Source of the DNA: a virus
Strand: one strand, 5' to 3'
DNA: 64,000 nucleotides
IMG/VR virus record: IMGVR_UViG_3300005264_000005
Location: 1-64,000 of that record
Positions 59,867-64,000 of the stretch are shown in pieces; the stretch's first letter is position 1; each line of letters opens with the position of its first letter. The notes under the pieces were generated by a model that was given only the letters and a program-made list of their open reading frames with translations, was not told the origin of the DNA and ran no database searches. Position numbers and translations under genes: made by a program.

Positions 59867-61366
59867 TTAAAGTGAGCTAATATTAAAATCTTCACCTAGC
59901 ACATCTTGCCAAGTTTTATCGTCACGCCAACAGTTAAACCTTGGAATAATAGCAGCCTTCTTAGTAAATTTCTGCGCAAGGATCTTCATTACACGTAATT
60001 TATAAACACTATCAAAGTTTTCTAGCGCCTCAGTATAGAACTTTTCCGTCCACCCCTTGCCAGTTCCAACTTCAAAGACTCTTCCTTCCGAGTCTCGAAC
60101 GATGAACTTTCCAAGCATAGCTGGTTTCTTAGTACCATCACTATTATACTTTTGCTTTTGTATAAGATAACCAATAATAACAACATCAGTTTCAACTTCT
60201 TCCTTAGACTTAATCCAAGACTTAGAACGAGTCCATTCATACTTATGTTTAGGGCGTTTAATGATGATTCCTTCGTATCCAGAGGCGATAACTTCCTTAG
60301 ACCATACATTGGCCACACTATAAGTTTTAAATCGCTTAGAATCAAGAATATCAAGCTTAGTAGACAGGCTGTAAGCATGAATCATATTCTTAAGAACTAC
60401 AAGATCAGCTCGACGCTCTTCATAGTTTTTCTTGCAGTCTTTTGCTTTCCATTCATTAATTGGCATAAGATCGAAAATAGTAAACTTAAGACGAGATAAG
60501 AACTCAGTGCATCTTACGTGATCAGCCTGATATTTTTCCCATCCCTTACCTACCTTACCACTCTTGCCACGATAGTCGTCTTCAGTCTTAGTAAAATCAA
60601 ATCCATAAACACTCATGGTGTCTTCAAGATTATCATCTACACTGCATTCGCCCTCGAACATATAGTCTTCAAAGCTAGTACCGCTAACAACTTTTGCAAT
60701 TAGCTTAGTAACATCTTTAAAGTTATATAATGGCAGACCTTTACGACTAACAGGAACCTTAGCTAAGGTAAACTTCCCTCCTAGGACATCACTGCATTGT
60801 TCAACTTCCTGGAAGGTACGCATGCCATTTTTCTTTAATTCACCATAAGCATAACCATCAATAAAAGTATCAAGATCTTCTTTCAGAATTTTACCGATCT
60901 GATCTTCTGGAGTAGCTAACATGCATTGCCAATACAGCACAGATCCAGGCCACACAGTATCCATAATCTTACGGCCTACCTTAGTAGATGCAATATCTTT
61001 TTTAATGCAGCGCTCATACCATTTCTTCTCAAGGTCAGATAGTAAATTACTCTGAAGAAAACTATTTATTGTAGCAATAGCAGAATGTCCAGTAATAACC
61101 TCATTAACAAGAGCATCAGTAAGTCGAATAAAAGTATCCCAAGTAGATGAGCTAAGCTTGTGACTGCAACTTGAAACTGGATTAGCATCAACCTCTTTAA
61201 GTTCTTTAATATTAAACTTCACAGTATCACATACAGCTAGAACTAAAAATTCCTTAAGATGAGGTGTTATTTCATTAACTTTAAGGAGCTTAATTTTATC
61301 ATTAGTTTTAGGTGTACATTCTAAGAGCTCAAGAATTTGAATAAACTCAGGAATTCTTTCACTCAT
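59867..61366 (-). CDS. ATP-dependent DNA ligase
   Basis: ELKKNGMR (motif I), SRKG, FEGE, FDL, EGIIIK, W.K.K, VGTG, PRF...R.DK. Confidence 0.88.
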   Translation of the reverse strand: MSERIPEFIQILELLECTPKTNDKIKLLKVNEITPHLKEFLVLAVCDTVKFNIKELKEVDANPVSSCSHKLSSSTWDTFIRLTDALVNEVITGHSAIATINSFLQSNLLSDLEKKWYERCIKKDIASTKVGRKIMDTVWPGSVLYWQCMLATPEDQIGKILKEDLDTFIDGYAYGELKKNGMRTFQEVEQCSDVLGGKFTLAKVPVSRKGLPLYNFKDVTKLIAKVVSGTSFEDYMFEGECSVDDNLEDTMSVYGFDFTKTEDDYRGKSGKVGKGWEKYQADHVRCTEFLSRLKFTIFDLMPINEWKAKDCKKNYEERRADLVVLKNMIHAYSLSTKLDILDSKRFKTYSVANVWSKEVIASGYEGIIIKRPKHKYEWTRSKSWIKSKEEVETDVVIIGYLIQKQKYNSDGTKKPAMLGKFIVRDSEGRVFEVGTGKGWTEKFYTEALENFDSVYKLRVMKILAQKFTKKAAIIPRFNCWRDDKTWQDVLGEDFNISSL

Positions 61367-62524
61367 ACTTTACTCCCAGCTAACTGCAGACTGGGCAGGA
61401 ATAGCAGCAATGCCTTCCACGTACAGTACAATAAACTTCTTACTAGAATCATTTGCAGCAAGACGCTCAGCTTCAGCTACCGCTAAATTACGAGCGAAGT
61501 GAAAGGCGGGGTGATTAGACGCTGAAAACTCATTGTTGCTTTTCTTAACAGAAGCTACGATATAGCCTCCTGATTTAATTGTCGTATTAATATGTGTACA
61601 ATTCATTATTTGCCTCTTTTTTTCTTTTTTTCGACTATTAGCAATTTTAAAAAATACCTTTCGATATTCTTCACTTGAAACTGGCCAAATATCATTATTC
61701 ATAATTTAGTTTTCTTTTTGAAGTAGTAAGAATGAAATAATTCAAACCCTTTTACATTTTAATTATCTAATCACAAAATCCACAAACAACATTAAAATTA
61801 TGCCAGATTACTTCATATCGATCATTATCTTCTTGTCGCTTAAGAACATGAGCAGTGAATCCAGCTTTCTTTTGAGTAGCCTCAATAGTTTTTGCTACAA
61901 GAAGTTGCTTAATATTAGCTCGTAAATGAATTACACCATTCATTGCTTCCATTTTATTTCCCCTTAAACTTATCATAATCTAATTTAGATTCGCATTCTT
62001 CAGGATAACATCTTTGACTACCACAATTAGTGCAAGGATCAGGTTCAAAAACTATGACTGTATCGCAATGCCTACATTTCCATTCAGCTTGACAGTCCAT
62101 ATACCCTATCAGTTGAACTTGGTCAGTTCCGCATATCAGGCATTTAGGAGAATTTTTACAAAGAAACTCTCTCCTATTTGTATAGGATTTAGCTTTATTA
62201 TCAGTCAGCATCTTAGTAATAATAGCATCGGAAGCAATATCATCACCATCAATACGTTCATACTCTAAGTTACTATTCATAGCTTCTGATTTAGTTTGTA
62301 TTCTACTTTTAAGGCTATACATCACGAATCATATCTATGTATAGTAGTAGCTATAAAAAGAAAACCAACTACAAGCGAAAGCATAATAGTTAAAAAAACT
62401 AAAAAGCTAAAGCCTGGCATAAACCATAATATGCCTAAAAATACAAAGAATATACCTGTAAAAATTCCAATAATAACTGGGAATACATCAAATAATGATC
62501 TTTTCCACTGGTTTAATTCGTTCA

Positions 62525-62986
62525 TTATAATAACTTAGCTCCTAACTCAGCAAGCTCACTTCTTTCGCCTTTAGTCAATGTTATGTGACCAGCTATACTA
62601 AGATTTTTAAACTTATCAACAACATAAGTTAATCCATTGCTACTAGAGTCAACATAAGGATTATCAATCTGCTCAGGATCGCCAGTAAAGACGACTTTAG
62701 TGCCTTCGCCTGCTCGAGTAATAATAGTTTTTGCTTCATGAGGTGTTAAGTTTTGAGCTTCATCTACAATGAGATATTGATCAGGAATAGAACGACCACG
62801 AATATAAGTAAGCGGAGCAACTTCAAGCTTACCCGCTTTTACAAGATAATCAGCAGGAGACATAGATACATCATTTTTATCTAAACTACCCTTGTGATCT
62901 CTTTTATTATCAGCCTTGCCAAGTAGAACTTCAATATTATCCCAGATAGGTTGCATCCAAGGAGCCATCTTTTCATCCATTGTACC
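62525..62986 (-). CDS. phoH: PhoH-family ATPase, last exon
   Basis: GT..EKM.PW, YIRGRS, DEAQNLT, TR.GE..K...TGD..Q.D, RS.LA. Confidence 0.92.
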   Translation of the reverse strand, partial: GTMDEKMAPWMQPIWDNIEVLLGKADNKRDHKGSLDKNDVSMSPADYLVKAGKLEVAPLTYIRGRSIPDQYLIVDEAQNLTPHEAKTIITRAGEGTKVVFTGDPEQIDNPYVDSSSNGLTYVVDKFKNLSIAGHITLTKGERSELAELGAKLL

Positions 62987-63010
62987 CAAACTAATGTTCA
63001 ATGCAAGTCG

Positions 63011-63706
63011 TTAATTCGCATCCGCAATCTCATACCTAACAGAATAGCCATTCTTTTTACCAACTTCTTTTTTGATATTGGTCATATCTAAACTGGTCTT
63101 CACGCCAAGATTATTTTTAATCCAGGTTTCACAGTCAGTTTTTATGCCAATAAAAAGTAGCTTTTCTGTTAAGTTGTCAATTAAATTATATACAAAATTA
63201 TTATTTTTATTACGTTGGTTTTCACTTCTAGTAACAATCCTAATATTTCCAGGCTTATAGTTACTATTATTATTAATTCTATCAAGCTCGTAATTAAATG
63301 GTTCATCTAATAATAATTCAATCTTAGAATCATTTTTAATAGAAAACCACAACTCATAAACATTATTAAATTCACACCTAATGCCTCGACCACCATATCT
63401 TTCAAAGTCTTTTGCTTTAGGATTATTGCATCTCTGCAAAATAAACTCATAACGCTTATATATTGTTTTGTATCTATTGCTTTGATTATTTCCTTGTGAA
63501 AATGTAATCGGATATTTAAACTTACCGTTTGTTAAATTATCAGATGCTATCCTACTAATAGAACCATCCTCAAATTCACAAAAATAAAATTTTGATCTTT
63601 TATCTTTAAGATCCTTGCCGACTATTTTTACAATCAAGTTACTAGAATTAATAAATTTTCTTCCAACGTAATATTTTTTACTTTTATAATTTGTACTAAT
63701 TTTCAT
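63011..63706 (-). CDS. Intron-encoded HNH-type endonuclease
   Basis: RC.NP....YGGRGI, LDRINN..NY.P.N.R..T..EN.RNK. Confidence 0.88.
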   Translation of the reverse strand: MKISTNYKSKKYYVGRKFINSSNLIVKIVGKDLKDKRSKFYFCEFEDGSISRIASDNLTNGKFKYPITFSQGNNQSNRYKTIYKRYEFILQRCNNPKAKDFERYGGRGIRCEFNNVYELWFSIKNDSKIELLLDEPFNYELDRINNNSNYKPGNIRIVTRSENQRNKNNNFVYNLIDNLTEKLLFIGIKTDCETWIKNNLGVKTSLDMTNIKKEVGKKNGYSVRYEIADAN

Positions 63707-63768
63707 GACATAACTTCTTGAGATTACTGCTATATGTCTCCATATAGATCAGACTATATCTTGTTTAA

Positions 63769-64000
63769 TTAATTATTTTTATGAGGACAAATGCCATTAT
63801 TCTTGTGCTTGCCCACATTGCAATTCATGCAAAGAGTTTGAAATCCTAAAGGAAAGTTGTTTTTAACTAACCAATAATAAATATTATTATGTGATGTATC
63901 ATTGCCTTTTCTATGCAAGTTGCCATCATTATTTATATGATCTATGGTTAGAAATAAAGGTTCTGTTTCGCCACAACAAGCGCATTCCCATCCATAATGG
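63769..64000 (-). CDS. HNH endonuclease, C-terminal part (truncated by window edge)
   Basis: CACCGETE..FLTIDHINNDG..HR...FQTLCMNCN..K...G.CPH; not in the ORF track. Confidence 0.8.
   Translation of the reverse strand, partial: HYGWECACCGETEPLFLTIDHINNDGNLHRKGNDTSHNNIYYWLVKNNFPLGFQTLCMNCNVGKHKNNGICPHKNN

Larger units (their letters stand above)
62987..64000 (-). mobile_element. Group I intron in phoH (5' part outside the window) with two ORFs
   Basis: S element AAGATATAGTCT near 63750; 3' end TAACGACTTGCATTGAA..TTTG resembles the nrdJ intron; exon resumes at GGT ACA of the GxLPGT motif (exact G uncertain by 1-2 nt). Confidence 0.8.

Noticed and set aside
60820-60845. Ligase motif I KKNG instead of KxDG as sign of inactivity
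   Set aside because: The catalytic Lys and all other motifs are intact; not enough to call it unusual.
9568-63260. Many short + strand ORFs opposite the - strand genes
   Set aside because: They are shadows of well-supported genes and have no recognisable motifs; only 44891..45142 is kept.

Overview
AT-rich segment of a large lytic dsDNA phage genome. Rz/Rz1-type spanins point to a Gram-negative host. 1-6.9 kb (+ strand): tail-tip genes, a free-standing HNH endonuclease and a catalytically degenerate class II RNR paralogue. The rest is almost all on the - strand: spanins and a replication/nucleotide module (nrdJ, dut, rusA, primase-helicase, 5'-3' exonuclease, groES, recA, a two-gene dnaE, thyX, clpP-like, DNA ligase, phoH). 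This module is heavily invaded: 8 group I introns (7 with both junctions reconstructed from the sequence, 1 running off the window end), 2 contiguous inteins and one naturally split intein in nrdJ with an HNH gene between its halves. The accessory region (41-59 kb) holds an Acb2/Tad1-like sponge, a complete Ubl-E2-JAB-E1 (PRTRC-like) operon, a nucleotidyltransferase and a degenerate tRNA-Tyr. The most unusual element is a compact retron-class reverse transcriptase embedded in an array of structured non-coding units: three upstream, each with a covarying G-UUU-CG hairpin, plus further units downstream, separated by a recurring UUUAUACAAUUUUU-type linker. Product calls come from motif recognition only; no database searches or folding programs were run.
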